A stretch of DNA of 64,000 nt from an uncultured Candidatus Rokubacteria bacterium (GCA_963747235.1 CAVVEU010000008.1:384001-448000); one strand, 5' to 3'. Positions 43,760-56,448 are shown, counted from the first letter of the stretch. The notes: generated by a model not told the origin, from the letters alone. A program made the numbers and translations.

Positions 43760-45331
43760 TCAGGAGTCGATCCGGCGCTCGTCGAGGTCCAGCTCCCGCT
43801 CGAGCGCCCGCAGCACGTCGTCGTCGATCGCCCCCTCCGCGCGCAGGCGCAGCAGCGCCTCGCGCTCCGAATCGATGACGGTGCGCTGGATCTCGCGATG
43901 CTCGATGATCTCCCGATCTTCCTCGCCGGAGGCGCCCGCGTCGCGCTGCCGCTCGACGTGCTCGGACCGGTGCTCGTAGGTCTCGCGCAGCCGATCGAGC
44001 AGCGGGCGGTGGCCCGGCCAGACCGGGTAGAGCTCGTCGATCCGCCGCGTGGCGGCCTCGACGAGCTGCTGGCGCGCGCGGGCCTCCTCCTCGCGCAGCT
44101 CCGGATCGGTGCCCAGGCGGAGCCGGCGGATGAGCCACGGCAGGCTGAGCCCCTGGCCCAGCAGGGTGACCACGATGACGGTCACGGTCACGATCACGAG
44201 CGTCTCGCGCGCGGGGAACGGCGCGCCGCCGGGCAGGGTCAGCGGCACGGCGAGCGCGATCGCGAGGGAGACGCCGCCGCGCATCCCGGCCCACGACAGC
44301 ACCAGCGAGTGCGCGAGGAAGCGGTGCGGGCGCGACTCGCCGCGCACCGCGCACGCCGCGAGCTCGCTCGGGAAGATCCAGAGCGCGCGGACCACGAGCA
44401 GGACGAGGCTCACGATGAGGCCGATGCCGACGAGCCGGATCGCGGTGGAGGCATCGAGCGAGCGCAGGAGGAACGGGACCTCGAGGCCGGTGATGATGAA
44501 GACCATCCCGTTCAGGAGGAAGGCGATCGTCTCCCACACCGCGCGGCCGGTCAGGCGGGCGTCGGCCCCCATCATGCGCGAGGCGCGGCGGCCGAGGTAG
44601 AGACCCGCGACCACCGCCGCGATCACCCCGGAGGCGCCGAGCTCCTGGGCGGGCAGGAACGCGGCGTAGGGGGTCAGGAGCGAGATCGTGATCTCGACCG
44701 GCGTGTCCTCGATGCGCGCGCGGATCTGCGCGATGATCCAGCCCACCGCGAGGCCGATGGCCAGGCCGCCCAGCATGGCGCCCACGAACGTCTCGACGCC
44801 GACGGACGCCTTGAACGCGCCCCCGACCGCCACCGCGATCGCGATGCTGTAGATCGTGAGCGCGGTGGCGTCGTTCAGGAGGCTCTCACCCTCGAGCACC
44901 GACACGATCCGGCGCGGGACGGCCAGGCGGGAGGCGATGGCGGCCGCCGCGATCGCGTCGGGCGGGGCGACGATCGCGCCGAGCGCGATGGCGACCGCCC
45001 ACGGGATGCTGGGGATCAGGGTGTGCACCACCGCGGCCACCGCGAACGCGCTGACGACGACCAGGCCGACCGCGAGCGAGCCGATGGTGCCCAGATTCGC
45101 GCGCAGGCTGCGCAGCGGGGTGTAGAAGGCCGCGATGTAGAGCAGCGGGGGCAGGATGAAGAGGAAGATGAGATCCGGGTCCACCTCGACGTGCGGGGTG
45201 CCCGGCACGAGGCCCAGCGCGAGCCCGCCGATGACCAGGAAGATCGGGTAGGCGATGCCGAGCCGTCGCGCGATCGTCACGAGCGCGGCGACCGCGATGA
45301 GCAGAGCCAGGACGAGCTGAGCGCTCTGCAT
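43760..45331 (-). CDS. CPA1 Na+/H+ antiporter
   Basis: LPPLLY, APPDAIA, EGESLLNDA, WAGMRGGVSLA. Confidence 0.93.
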   Translation of the reverse strand: MQSAQLVLALLIAVAALVTIARRLGIAYPIFLVIGGLALGLVPGTPHVEVDPDLIFLFILPPLLYIAAFYTPLRSLRANLGTIGSLAVGLVVVSAFAVAAVVHTLIPSIPWAVAIALGAIVAPPDAIAAAAIASRLAVPRRIVSVLEGESLLNDATALTIYSIAIAVAVGGAFKASVGVETFVGAMLGGLAIGLAVGWIIAQIRARIEDTPVEITISLLTPYAAFLPAQELGASGVIAAVVAGLYLGRRASRMMGADARLTGRAVWETIAFLLNGMVFIITGLEVPFLLRSLDASTAIRLVGIGLIVSLVLLVVRALWIFPSELAACAVRGESRPHRFLAHSLVLSWAGMRGGVSLAIALAVPLTLPGGAPFPARETLVIVTVTVIVVTLLGQGLSLPWLIRRLRLGTDPELREEEARARQQLVEAATRRIDELYPVWPGHRPLLDRLRETYEHRSEHVERQRDAGASGEEDREIIEHREIQRTVIDSEREALLRLRAEGAIDDDVLRALERELDLDERRIDS

Positions 45332-45393
45332 GGCTCCCGGCAGCGTAGCACACGGGTCCGGGCGGTGGACGGCGATGCTATCCTTCGGACACC

Positions 45394-47052
45394 ATGGCGG
45401 ATCTCTCCGAGCACCTGGCCGCGATGTTCCCGAAGCTCACCCGCGCGCAGATGGACCGGCTGCTTCCGCTCGGCCGGCGGCACCGGTTCGCGCCCGGCGA
45501 GATGGTCTACGAGCGCGGTTCGGCCAAGCGCGCGTTCTACGTGCTGCTGGAGGGGCGCGTCGAGATCGCGAGCCCGTCCCGGGTCGGCGTGGAGCGCGTC
45601 GCGATCCACGAGGCCGGGGAGTTCACCGGCGAGGTGGACATGATGTCGGGGCGTCAGAGCCTGGTCGCCGCGCGGGCGCTGGACGCGACCGAGCTGCTCG
45701 AGATCGATCTGGCAGAGCTCCGGCACATCGTGCAGACGGACCCGGAGCTGAGCGAGCTGTTCCTGCGCGCCTTCGCGCTCCGCCGCGCGCACCTCATCGC
45801 CAACACCCTGGGGGGCGTGGTGTTGATCGGCTCGGGCCATTCGGCGGACACCCTGCGCCTCAAGGCCTTCCTGGCGCGCAACGGGCATCCGTACGTCTAC
45901 CTCGACGTCGAGCGCGACCGGGATGTGGAGGCGCTGCTCGAGCAATTCCGGATCGGGCTCGCGGACATCCCGGTGCTGCTGTGCCGCGACCGGGGCCGGG
46001 CCCTGCGCAACCCGAGCAACGTGGAGGTCGCCGCCGCGCTCGGCCTCAACCCCGAGCTCGACGACGCGCACGTGCACGACCTCGTCGTGGTGGGCGCGGG
46101 GCCGTCCGGTCTGGCCGCGGCGGTTTACGCGGCGTCCGAAGGGCTCGACGTGCTCGTCCTGGAGACCAGCGCCCCGGGCGGCCAGGCGGGGTCGAGCTCC
46201 CGGATCGAGAACTACCTGGGCTTCCCCGGGGGTATCTCCGGCCAGGACCTGGCCGACCGCGCGTTCCTCCAAGCCAAGGAGTTCGGGGCGAACCTGGCGG
46301 TGGCCCGGGTGGCGGTGGGGCTCGCCTGCGCGGACCGGCAGCTCCGCATCACGTGCGCCGATGGCGGGACGGTGCAGGGCCACGCGGTCGTGGTGGCCAC
46401 CGGCGCGGCCTACCGCAAGCTCGCCGTGCCCGAGCTCGGCCGGTTCGAGGGCAACGGCGTGTACTACGGCGCCACGCAGGTGGAGGCGCAGCTCTGCGAC
46501 GGTGAGGAGATCGCGGTGGTGGGCGGCGGCAACTCGGCCGGGCAAGCCGCGGTGTTCCTGTCCGGCATCGCGAAGCACGTGCACCTGCTGGTGCGGGGCG
46601 CCGGGCTCGTGGACAGCATGTCCCGGTACCTCATCGGCCGCATCGAGGAGAGCGCGGCGATCACGCTCCGGCCCTACACGCAGATCGAGGCCCTCGAGGG
46701 TGACGGGCGGCTGCAGCGCGTCTGGTGGCGGAGCGCCAAGGCGTCGGACCGCGAGCGCCGCGACATCCGCCACGTCTTCTCCATGACCGGCGCCGACGCG
46801 AACACCGCCTGGCTCGGCGGCTGCGTGGCGCTCGACGCGCAGCGCTTCGTCAGGACCGGCCTGGACCTCACGCCCGAGGATCTGGAGACGGCGCAGTGGC
46901 CGCTCGCCCGCCGGCCCCACCAGTTCGAGACCAGCCTGCCCCGCGTGTTCGCAGTCGGCGACGTCCGGTCGGGGAGCATGAAGCGCGTGGCGTCCGCGGT
47001 GGGCGAGGGCTCGGCCGCGGTCCAGCTCGTGCACAAGGTCCTGGCGGAGTGA
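45394..47052 (+). CDS. cNMP-binding domain + thioredoxin-reductase-like flavoprotein
   Basis: GEFTGE cNMP domain, GAGPSG, IENYLGFP, GGGNSAGQ, AVGDVR, AVGEG; YYGAT replaces CxxC. Confidence 0.92.
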   Translation: MADLSEHLAAMFPKLTRAQMDRLLPLGRRHRFAPGEMVYERGSAKRAFYVLLEGRVEIASPSRVGVERVAIHEAGEFTGEVDMMSGRQSLVAARALDATELLEIDLAELRHIVQTDPELSELFLRAFALRRAHLIANTLGGVVLIGSGHSADTLRLKAFLARNGHPYVYLDVERDRDVEALLEQFRIGLADIPVLLCRDRGRALRNPSNVEVAAALGLNPELDDAHVHDLVVVGAGPSGLAAAVYAASEGLDVLVLETSAPGGQAGSSSRIENYLGFPGGISGQDLADRAFLQAKEFGANLAVARVAVGLACADRQLRITCADGGTVQGHAVVVATGAAYRKLAVPELGRFEGNGVYYGATQVEAQLCDGEEIAVVGGGNSAGQAAVFLSGIAKHVHLLVRGAGLVDSMSRYLIGRIEESAAITLRPYTQIEALEGDGRLQRVWWRSAKASDRERRDIRHVFSMTGADANTAWLGGCVALDAQRFVRTGLDLTPEDLETAQWPLARRPHQFETSLPRVFAVGDVRSGSMKRVASAVGEGSAAVQLVHKVLAE

Positions 47053-47102
47053 CCTCCGCGCGTCTTCGGGCGCGGGACGGGAAATGCTATCCTGCGGACA
47101 CG

Positions 47103-48992
47103 ATGGCGGATAGAGTCGGGCGTCGCCAGATTCTCGCGCTCGGAGGCGCCGCGCTGGCCGCCGCGGCCTTGCCCGGCTGCGCGGTCCCGTTCACGAACAC
47201 GCAGAGCGACCTCGCGCGGGCCGCGGAGGCGAACTACCGTGAGAGCCTCTCGCGGCTGCGGCGCCGCGTCGCCCGTCCCGACGGCACCGAGGCCGGCGAG
47301 AGCGGCCGCGGAGCGCTGGCCTCGGTCTCCGACGGATTGCGGACCGCGCGGGCGGCCCGTCCCGGCCGGCCGGACTTCGATGTCCTCATCGTGGGCTCGG
47401 GCTACGGAGGCGCGGTCTGCGCGGCGCGTCTGGCCGCCGCGCGTCGTCCCGGTGTCCGGATCGGACTCCTCGAGCGCGGCCGCGAATGGGTGCCCGGCAC
47501 CTTCCCCGCACATCTCACCTCGTTCAACCCGCTGGCCCGGCGGCCGTCCTGGATGGGGGAGCAGCTCTCCCGCAATCCCCTGGGGCTCTACGGATTCTAC
47601 GACCGGGGCGACGTCGAGGTGGTCGTGGGCAGCGGGCTCGGCGGCACCTCACTCATCAACTGCGCCGTCGTGATCGAGGCCGAAGAGGCGGTCTTCGCCC
47701 AGCCGGAGTGGCCGGGCTCCCTCCGGGAGAAGAAGGAGCTCCGACGCTTCTATCAGCGCGCGCGCCGCATGCTCGCCGGGCGGACGACTCCCGAGGATCG
47801 CGTTCCGCCGAAGCTCCGGGCCCACCTGTCCTCCGCCTCGGCGCTGCGGGCGCGCGGTCAGTGGAACGCTCCCGCGTATCCGGTGGAGCTGGCCGTGACC
47901 TTCGACGCGCGTGAGAACGGCCAGGGCATGCGGCAGCAGGGCTGCGTGCAGTGCGGGGATTGCGTCACCGGGTGCAATGTCGGCGCCAAGAACTCTCTCG
48001 ACATGAACTACCTGCCTCTCGCCTGGGCTCATGGGGTGGAGATGTTCACCCAGGTCGAGGTCGAGCACGTCGAGATCGTGGATGGAATCCACCGCGTCCA
48101 TTATCTCCACCGGCCCGACGGCGGCCGAGGGGAGGAGCGGGGCTGGGTGACGGCGCGCGTGCTGATCCTCGCCGCCGGCACCCTGGGGACCACCGAGATC
48201 CTGCTGCGCTCGCGGCGGCGGCACCGGCTCGCCCTGTCCGACTGGCTGGGGCGGGGCTTCTCGGCGAATGGGAACTATCTGGGGTTCGCGGACTACCAGT
48301 ACGCCGAGCCCGCGGTGATCACCAACACGGCCGGCGTGGGCATCGCGAACGGCGCCCCCGTGGAACTGGTGGGCGCCGCCATCCAGGGCGCCATCGACTT
48401 CCGCCTGCCGGGCCGTCCGATGCACCGCCGCGTGATGTTCGAGGATCTCGCGCATCCGAGCGCCCACGCGCCGGGCGTGGCGCTGCTCATGCTGGCCGAC
48501 CTGAACCGGGGGATCACCCTGCTCGGCTGCGGGCACGACTCGGCGTCGGGCGAGCTCCGACTCGACGACGACGGGATCGCGGTGCGCTGGCCCGACTACG
48601 ACCGCCAGCCGAGCCACGCCGAGATGATGACGCTGATGCGGGAGTACGCGAGCGCCCAGGGCGGGCGCTTCCGGCCCTTCACCCCCGCCCGGAACTATAC
48701 CGCGCATCCGCTGGGCGGCTGCCGCATGGGCGCGACGGCGGCGGAGGGCGTGGTGGACGATCGCGGGCGGGTGTACGACGCCTCGCCCGGGGCGGGTGCG
48801 GGGACGGTGCATCCGGGACTCTACGTGGTGGACGGCTCCATCCTGCCCACCGCCCTCGGCAACAATCCGCTGCTCACGATCACCGCGCTCGCGGAGCGCG
48901 CCGCCGAGATGATCGTCCGGGACCCGGTCCACGCCGCGCTGTTCTCGACGGCCGATGCGCCCATCCCGCGCCCGACCCGGCAGGGCCCCTGA
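47103..48992 (+). CDS. Tat/lipoprotein GMC oxidoreductase (cholesterol oxidase-like)
   Basis: RRQIL...LPGC, VGSGYGG, LERG, GLGGTSLIN, CVQCGDCVTGC, AHPLGGC, NPLLTI. Confidence 0.88.
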   Translation: MADRVGRRQILALGGAALAAAALPGCAVPFTNTQSDLARAAEANYRESLSRLRRRVARPDGTEAGESGRGALASVSDGLRTARAARPGRPDFDVLIVGSGYGGAVCAARLAAARRPGVRIGLLERGREWVPGTFPAHLTSFNPLARRPSWMGEQLSRNPLGLYGFYDRGDVEVVVGSGLGGTSLINCAVVIEAEEAVFAQPEWPGSLREKKELRRFYQRARRMLAGRTTPEDRVPPKLRAHLSSASALRARGQWNAPAYPVELAVTFDARENGQGMRQQGCVQCGDCVTGCNVGAKNSLDMNYLPLAWAHGVEMFTQVEVEHVEIVDGIHRVHYLHRPDGGRGEERGWVTARVLILAAGTLGTTEILLRSRRRHRLALSDWLGRGFSANGNYLGFADYQYAEPAVITNTAGVGIANGAPVELVGAAIQGAIDFRLPGRPMHRRVMFEDLAHPSAHAPGVALLMLADLNRGITLLGCGHDSASGELRLDDDGIAVRWPDYDRQPSHAEMMTLMREYASAQGGRFRPFTPARNYTAHPLGGCRMGATAAEGVVDDRGRVYDASPGAGAGTVHPGLYVVDGSILPTALGNNPLLTITALAERAAEMIVRDPVHAALFSTADAPIPRPTRQGP

Positions 48993-49005
48993 TCGGAGCG
49001 CGCGG

Positions 49006-49647
49006 GTGAGCCTCCGCCGCCTGGCGCGCGGCTCGTGGCTCCTCCTGGTGTCGGCGGTGGTGGCGTGTGCCCTCGTCGCGAGCGCGAGCGCCGGGGCCGC
49101 GGGCCCGCCCGCCCTCACCACCGAGCAGCAGCGCCGACTGGCCGAGGGCGAGATCGTGCTGCTCGATGCCCGGCCCGAGGGCGCGAGCCCCGGCGCCGGA
49201 GGTGGCACGGCGGTGGCCCTCGTGCCGGCGCCCGTGGAGCGGGTCTGGGGCGTCCTCACCGACTATCCGGGCCATCCGCGCTACTACCCCGGGGTGGTCG
49301 CCGCGGAGGTGCTGGAGGCGAGCGGGCCGCGCGTGCTCGTGCGCTACACGGTCCGCGTCGGATTCTTCACCTTCCGGTTCCACATGCGGAAGGTGGCCGA
49401 CCCCGGGCGCCGGCGGATCGAGTGGCGCCTCGCGGAGGAGCGGGCCAATGGCCTGCTGCGGGAGAACTCCGGCTACTGGCTGGTCGAGGCGCGCCCGGGC
49501 GGAAGCCTCGTCACCTACGCGATCGCGGTGCGCAGCTACGTGCCCGCCTTCCTGACCGCCGGCAGCGAGCGGGCCAGCCTCGTCGACACGGTGACGAGGC
49601 TGCGGCGGGTGGTTGCGGACGCGCCCGCGCAGGGGACCGGTCGCTGA
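49006..49647 (+). CDS. SRPBCC/START-family lipid-binding protein with signal peptide
   Basis: APVERVWGVLTDY...RYYPGV, NSGYW. Confidence 0.8.
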   Translation: MSLRRLARGSWLLLVSAVVACALVASASAGAAGPPALTTEQQRRLAEGEIVLLDARPEGASPGAGGGTAVALVPAPVERVWGVLTDYPGHPRYYPGVVAAEVLEASGPRVLVRYTVRVGFFTFRFHMRKVADPGRRRIEWRLAEERANGLLRENSGYWLVEARPGGSLVTYAIAVRSYVPAFLTAGSERASLVDTVTRLRRVVADAPAQGTGR

Positions 49648-49656
49648 GTCCCGCCT

Positions 49657-49992
49657 TCAGGACACGAGGTGGCTCCGGACGGTCTCGTTCCGCTCGGCGA
49701 GCGAGCCGCAGACCAGCCGACACAGCCGCTCGAGGGTGGGATCCGCGATTCGGTAGCGCGTGAAGAGGCCGTCACGCCGCCGGGAGACGAGTCCCTGCTC
49801 GAGGAGCAGCGCCAGGTGCTTGCTCGTGTTGGCCTGCGATGCCCCGGTGATCGCGCAGAGATCCTGCACGGTCTGCTCGCCTTCGAACATCGCCTGCAGC
49901 AGGGCGAGCCGGGTCGGATCGGCGAGCGCCCGGAAGCGCTGAGCGATCAGCTCGAGCGCCTCCCGGGAGAGCGAGGACTTGGTCCGCTTCAT
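49657..49992 (-). CDS. ArsR/SmtB regulator with C-terminal CxxVC-like pair
   Basis: FRALADPTRL, SQANTSKHL, LCRLVC. Confidence 0.92.
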   Translation of the reverse strand: MKRTKSSLSREALELIAQRFRALADPTRLALLQAMFEGEQTVQDLCAITGASQANTSKHLALLLEQGLVSRRRDGLFTRYRIADPTLERLCRLVCGSLAERNETVRSHLVS

Positions 49993-49999
49993 CGCCACG

Positions 50000-51302
50000 T
50001 CAGACCTTGGGCGGCGTGGGCGCGGCGCAGGTGGGCGCCGCGCCGCCCCCGGCCGCGCACACCGCCCCGCCGCTCGTCGCCGGGCCGGGCCCGGGGCGCG
50101 TTCCAGGGCAGCTTCATCAGCAGGAGCGCGAGCCCGCACGTTCCGGTCGCGCCCGCGAACGTCAACCCCGCTCCGAAGAAGGCGGCGAGCGCCAGAAACC
50201 AAGGGCTCACCAGAAGCCCAAGGCCGACGCCGGTGAGCACCATGACGCCGGCGATCAGCTGGACCTGGCGATCGACGGGCAGGCGCTTGCGCCCCTCGCG
50301 CAGCGGCAGCCGGGCCCGGCGCCACGCCTGCACCCGCCGTCGAGAACCCGCGCCCGGCGTCCGCTCCGCGCGAGCGACTCGGCCGCGATGGTGGCCCGCA
50401 CTCCCGTGCGGCACACGACGACCAGATCCGCTCCGTCGGGGATCTCGTCCCGGCGGGCATCGAGCGCGTCCAGGGGCACGTTGAGTGCGCCCTCGATGCG
50501 CTCGCTCTCGAACTCGATCGGGCTTCGCACGTCGAGGAGGAGCAGCCCGGAGCCCGGCTGGCGAAGCGCCTGGAGCTCCTCGGCCGTGATCGTCGCCGCG
50601 TCGGCCTCCCCGAGATTGTGCCGCAGGATGGCCGCCATGTTGGCGGGAGGCGCGGACTTCGTCGAGAGCCGGGCGACGAAGGCGGCCCGGTCCGGCTCGC
50701 GGAGCAGGGGATTGCTCGCCTTCTCCTCGCCGATCGTGGTCACGGCCCGGCCGACATAGTCGTGACCGGGATGCACCACCGTGGCGTCCGGCAGGCTCTC
50801 GAAGCCCCGCAGCGTGTCGAAGAGGTCGGCGGCGCTGCCTCCCATGAAGTCGGTCCGGCCCGCGCCACCGGCGAACAGGGCGTCCCCCGTGAAGAGGTGG
50901 CCCTCCACGAGCACCGCGAGGGAGTCCGGGCGTGTGGCCCGGGGCGTCGACGATCGTCACCGTCGTCGTGCCGAGCTCGAAGGTCGCGCCGCCCTTGATC
51001 CGCCGCACCGGACCCTGGAGCTTCGAGGCCGTGTGGGCCAGCACGGTCGCGCCGGTCCGTCGGGCGAGCCGGCGCACCCCGGAGAGGTGGTCGGCGTGCG
51101 TGTGGGTGTCGAGGACGAACGTCAGACGCGCATCGTGGGCCGCGAGCGCCTCGACGAACCGGTCGACCTGGTCCAGCCGAGGGTCGATCGCCAGGACGGT
51201 GCGACTCGTCTCGTCCACGACCAGGTAGCCCAGGCAGCCGTCGCCCGGGGCCGGAAAGGTGTCGATCGCGAGAACATCCGCCGGGCTCGTGAGCGTCGTC
51301 AT
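50000..51302 (-). CDS. Persulfide dioxygenase (MBL)-rhodanese-DUF2892 fusion
   Basis: DTHTHADHLSG, PGHT, FTGD, PGHDY; DVRSPIEF, CRTGVR; RQVQLIAG...GTCGLALLLMKLPWN; about 3 indels. Confidence 0.88.
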
Positions 51303-51320
51303 TGTCCGATCCTCCCGAAG

Positions 51321-51351
51321 TGACTATATAACTACATACTCAAATAGTCAA
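51321..51351 (-). promoter_or_regulatory. Sigma70 promoter overlapped by an inverted-repeat operator
   Basis: Minus strand TTGACT-17-TATAGT; TGACTAT (51321-27) ... ATAGTCA (51344-50); AT-rich island. Confidence 0.75.
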
Positions 51352-51384
51352 GCGTGGGCCGGTCCGCCGATGTAGGATGAGCCC

Positions 51385-53709
<2,325 letters not shown>

Positions 53710-53710
53710 G

Positions 53711-53749
53711 TGTCAGCCGCGCGATCTCGAGGCTGACAGCCGCCTGACA
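53711..53749. promoter_or_regulatory. Inverted repeat plus CTGACA-N5-CTGACA direct repeat
   Basis: TGTCAGCC (53711-18)...GGCTGACA (53731-38); CTGACA at 53733 and 53744. Confidence 0.5.
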
Positions 53750-53799
53750 TTGCCTTCGCGCGTCACGCCCGAAGGCGTTGTATCGCAAGCAGTTTTCCT

Positions 53800-53816
53800 C
53801 TGGCGCGCTTCTTGCG
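53800..53816 (+). promoter_or_regulatory. Sigma54 (-24/-12) promoter
   Basis: CTGGCGCGCTTCTTGCG, GG-N10-GC, one core mismatch to YTGGCACG-N4-TTGC; about 20 nt before ATG 53835. Confidence 0.65.
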
Positions 53817-53834
53817 ATTCCCCGACGCTCACAT

Positions 53835-54548
53835 ATGAACGTCAGCCGAACGGTCGAAGCGGAACAGGACGCCAGGCGGTGCCCGCGCCAGCAGGTGTCC
53901 TGGCTGGTCACGGTCGCCGCGGGCTCCCGCCAGTTCCAGGGGCGGACGAAGGACGTGAGCGCCTCCGGCGCCAAGATCCTCCTCAAGGAGCGCCCGGCGC
54001 TCGGGGTGGAGGTGGGGCTCTCCTTCCGTCCTCCGGGCCGCCGGCCCGTCGAGACGCGCGCGCTCGTGTGGCGGCTCGACGCCGAGGGCCTGGCCTGCAT
54101 GTTCGTGGGGACGCAGAAGCCGGAGTTCCTCGAGGCGGTGACGCCACGCCAGGCGCCCGGAGCGGTCCGGGTGCTCGCGCCGAGACCGGCGGGCGCGGTG
54201 CTGCTGGCGACCGTGGACACGGGTTTCCGCGCGCTCGCGCTCGACACGCTCGGCCGCAGCGGCTATACCGTGCTGGACGCGGGGTCGCAGCCGCTGCTGG
54301 CCCTGCGCATCGCGGAGGAGCATCGCGACGCGATCACGCTCATCCTGATCGCGTCCGACCTGCGGCTCATGAACGGTGAGCCGCTGGCCAATCGCCTCGC
54401 CCCGCTGCTGCCATCGGCCAAGCTCGTGCTGATGTCGAGCCGCTCGACTCCGAATCCGGCCGGCCCCGGAGCGGTGTGGCTCCCGACGCCGTGCACGGAC
54501 GGTGAGCTGATGGCGCAGGTCCGCCAGGCCCAGGACGTCGGCCGCTAG
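53835..54548 (+). CDS. PilZ domain fused to degenerate receiver domain
   Basis: ARRCPR (RxxxR), DVSASG (DxSxxG); REC-like half has ILIASDLRLMNG and WLPTP, lacking the canonical Asp and Lys. Confidence 0.8.
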   Translation: MNVSRTVEAEQDARRCPRQQVSWLVTVAAGSRQFQGRTKDVSASGAKILLKERPALGVEVGLSFRPPGRRPVETRALVWRLDAEGLACMFVGTQKPEFLEAVTPRQAPGAVRVLAPRPAGAVLLATVDTGFRALALDTLGRSGYTVLDAGSQPLLALRIAEEHRDAITLILIASDLRLMNGEPLANRLAPLLPSAKLVLMSSRSTPNPAGPGAVWLPTPCTDGELMAQVRQAQDVGR

Positions 54549-55021
54549 TGCCCGTTGCCCTTGACTGTCTCGGACAGCGCCGCGGCGAGGTTATGAGTGG
54601 CCGAGGTCAGGTGCGGGTGCACGGTGAGGGCGCGCCGGAACAGCGCGGCGGCCTCCCGGAACTGGCCGAGCGCCATGTGACAGAGCCCCTGGCCGGAGAG
54701 CGCGCCGAAGTGGCTCGGGTTCCGCGCTAGCGTCTGCTCGCAGTCCGCCACCGCCCCCGCGTAGTCCTCCGCCACGTAGCGCGCCGTCGCCCGCTTGTTC
54801 CAGCCCTCGGCGAAGTCGGGCGCGCGCTCGATGATGCGGCCGAAGAGGGCGATCGCGTCCTCGAGCTCGCGGCGCTCCATCGCCTCGATGCCCTGGCGGA
54901 GGAGCCGGTCGACGTCCGGAATACCCGAGCGGCACCAGATCTCCCAGAGCGTGGCCTCCGCGCGGGCGGCCAGGACGGGGTCGGGGCCACGGAGCGCGGC
55001 GAGGGCTTCGGTCTCGGTCAT
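54545..55021 (-). CDS. TPR protein
   Basis: APDFAEGWNKRAT, NPSHFGALSGQG. Confidence 0.88.
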   Translation of the reverse strand: MTETEALAALRGPDPVLAARAEATLWEIWCRSGIPDVDRLLRQGIEAMERRELEDAIALFGRIIERAPDFAEGWNKRATARYVAEDYAGAVADCEQTLARNPSHFGALSGQGLCHMALGQFREAAALFRRALTVHPHLTSATHNLAAALSETVKGNGH

Positions 55022-55109
55022 GCGCCCCCGCTCATGTGCCCCCGGTCATGCAGGCAAGGTTACTTGACGGGGAGCCCCGTTGGCCAGATGCTGCTGCCCG
55101 GAGGCGCTG

Positions 55110-55434
55110 ATGCCGGATCAGGATCGGATCGAGGAGTTCAAGGAAGTGGTCGAGATCATGCCGGACGATCCGGTCGTGCGCTTCGGCCTCGCGGGCGCCT
55201 ATCTCGACGCGGGCCAGGCCGACGCGGCGGTCGTGGAATACGGCGAGGCCATTCGCCTCAAGCCCGACTACTCGGCGGCCCACCGCGGCCTCGGCCGGGC
55301 GCTCGAGCGCGCGGGCCGGATCGCCGAGGCGAAGGCCGCCTACGCGAAGGGCCTCGAGGTGGCGACGCACGACCGGCGATCTCCAGACCGGGAAGGAGAT
55401 CGAGGTCTTCCTCCGACGGCTCGAGAAGACGTAG
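55110..55434 (+). CDS. Small TPR protein
   Basis: PDDPVVRFGLA, KPDYSAAHRGLG; indel near 55375. Confidence 0.8.
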
Positions 55435-55897
55435 TGGCGATCTGGGTGGACGCCGACGCCTGCCCCCAGGTGATCAAGGAGATCCTGTACCGGGCCGCCG
55501 AGCGCGCGCAGGTGGTGACGACGCTGGTCGCCAACGCGTCCCTCCGTGTCCCGTCCTCGCCCTTCATCCGGACGCCTCCGCGTGGACGCACGGCTGGGAC
55601 GTGGCGGATCAGCGGATCGTGGAGCAGGTGCGGACCCGGCGATCTGGTGGTGACGGCGGACATCCCGCTCGCCGCGCTCGTGATCGCGCGCGGCGCGCAG
55701 GCGCTGGACCCGCGCGGGGAGCTGTACACGGAGGACAATGTCCAGGAGCGCCTGGCGGTGCGGAACCTGATGCAGGGCCTGCGCGCGGGCGGCGATCTCA
55801 TCGCCGGCCCGGCGCCGTTCTCGCAGAGCGATCGGCAGCGCTTCGCCAATCACCTCGACCACTTCCTGACGCGGCGAGGCGAGGCTCCGGGGACTAG
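55434..55897 (+). CDS. YaiI/YqxD (UPF0178) protein
   Basis: IWVDADACP, DLVVTADIPLAA, DPRGELY; indels. Confidence 0.9.
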
Positions 55898-56448
55898 CCG
55901 GGCGCCGGCGGGCTCTGCAAGACCGCCGGCTCGATCGCCACGCTCTGATCCGCGTCCGCCATCCAGATCTGGCCGTCCTGGATCGTGCACGTGACCCGCA
56001 TGTTCCGCTGCGCCAGCTTCGCCAGCGCCCGAGTGGCGGCGAAGGGCAGGTTGACGACGGTCAGGTTCTCGGCCCGGTCGAGGGCGGCGCCGGCCTGCTC
56101 CCACCAGAGATCGGCGCCCCGCCCGCCGTAGCTGTAGACGAACACCGACTCCGCGCGGCCGCAGGCCCGCCGGATCCGCTTCTCGTCCGGCTGCCCCACG
56201 TCGATCCAGAGATCGATGGCCCCGGTGAGGTCCTTCCGCCAGAGATCGGGCTCGTCGTCGGTGCCCAGCCCTCGGCCGAAGGCCAGCGCCTCGTGCGCGT
56301 GCCGGGCGAAGGCCAGCAGCCGCACCATCATGCGCTCGTCGGTCTCGGACGGGTGGCGCGCGATCGTGAGGGCGTGGTCGTGGTAGTAGGCGCGGTCGAT
56401 GTCCGCGATCTCCAGGGTGACCTTGAAGATGGTGGCGTTCTGGGCCAT
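55894..56448 (-). CDS. yaeQ: YaeQ family protein
   Basis: ATIFK, ARHPSETDERMMVRLLA, DEPDLW, WIDVGQP. Confidence 0.93.
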   Translation of the reverse strand: MAQNATIFKVTLEIADIDRAYYHDHALTIARHPSETDERMMVRLLAFARHAHEALAFGRGLGTDDEPDLWRKDLTGAIDLWIDVGQPDEKRIRRACGRAESVFVYSYGGRGADLWWEQAGAALDRAENLTVVNLPFAATRALAKLAQRNMRVTCTIQDGQIWMADADQSVAIEPAVLQSPPAPG

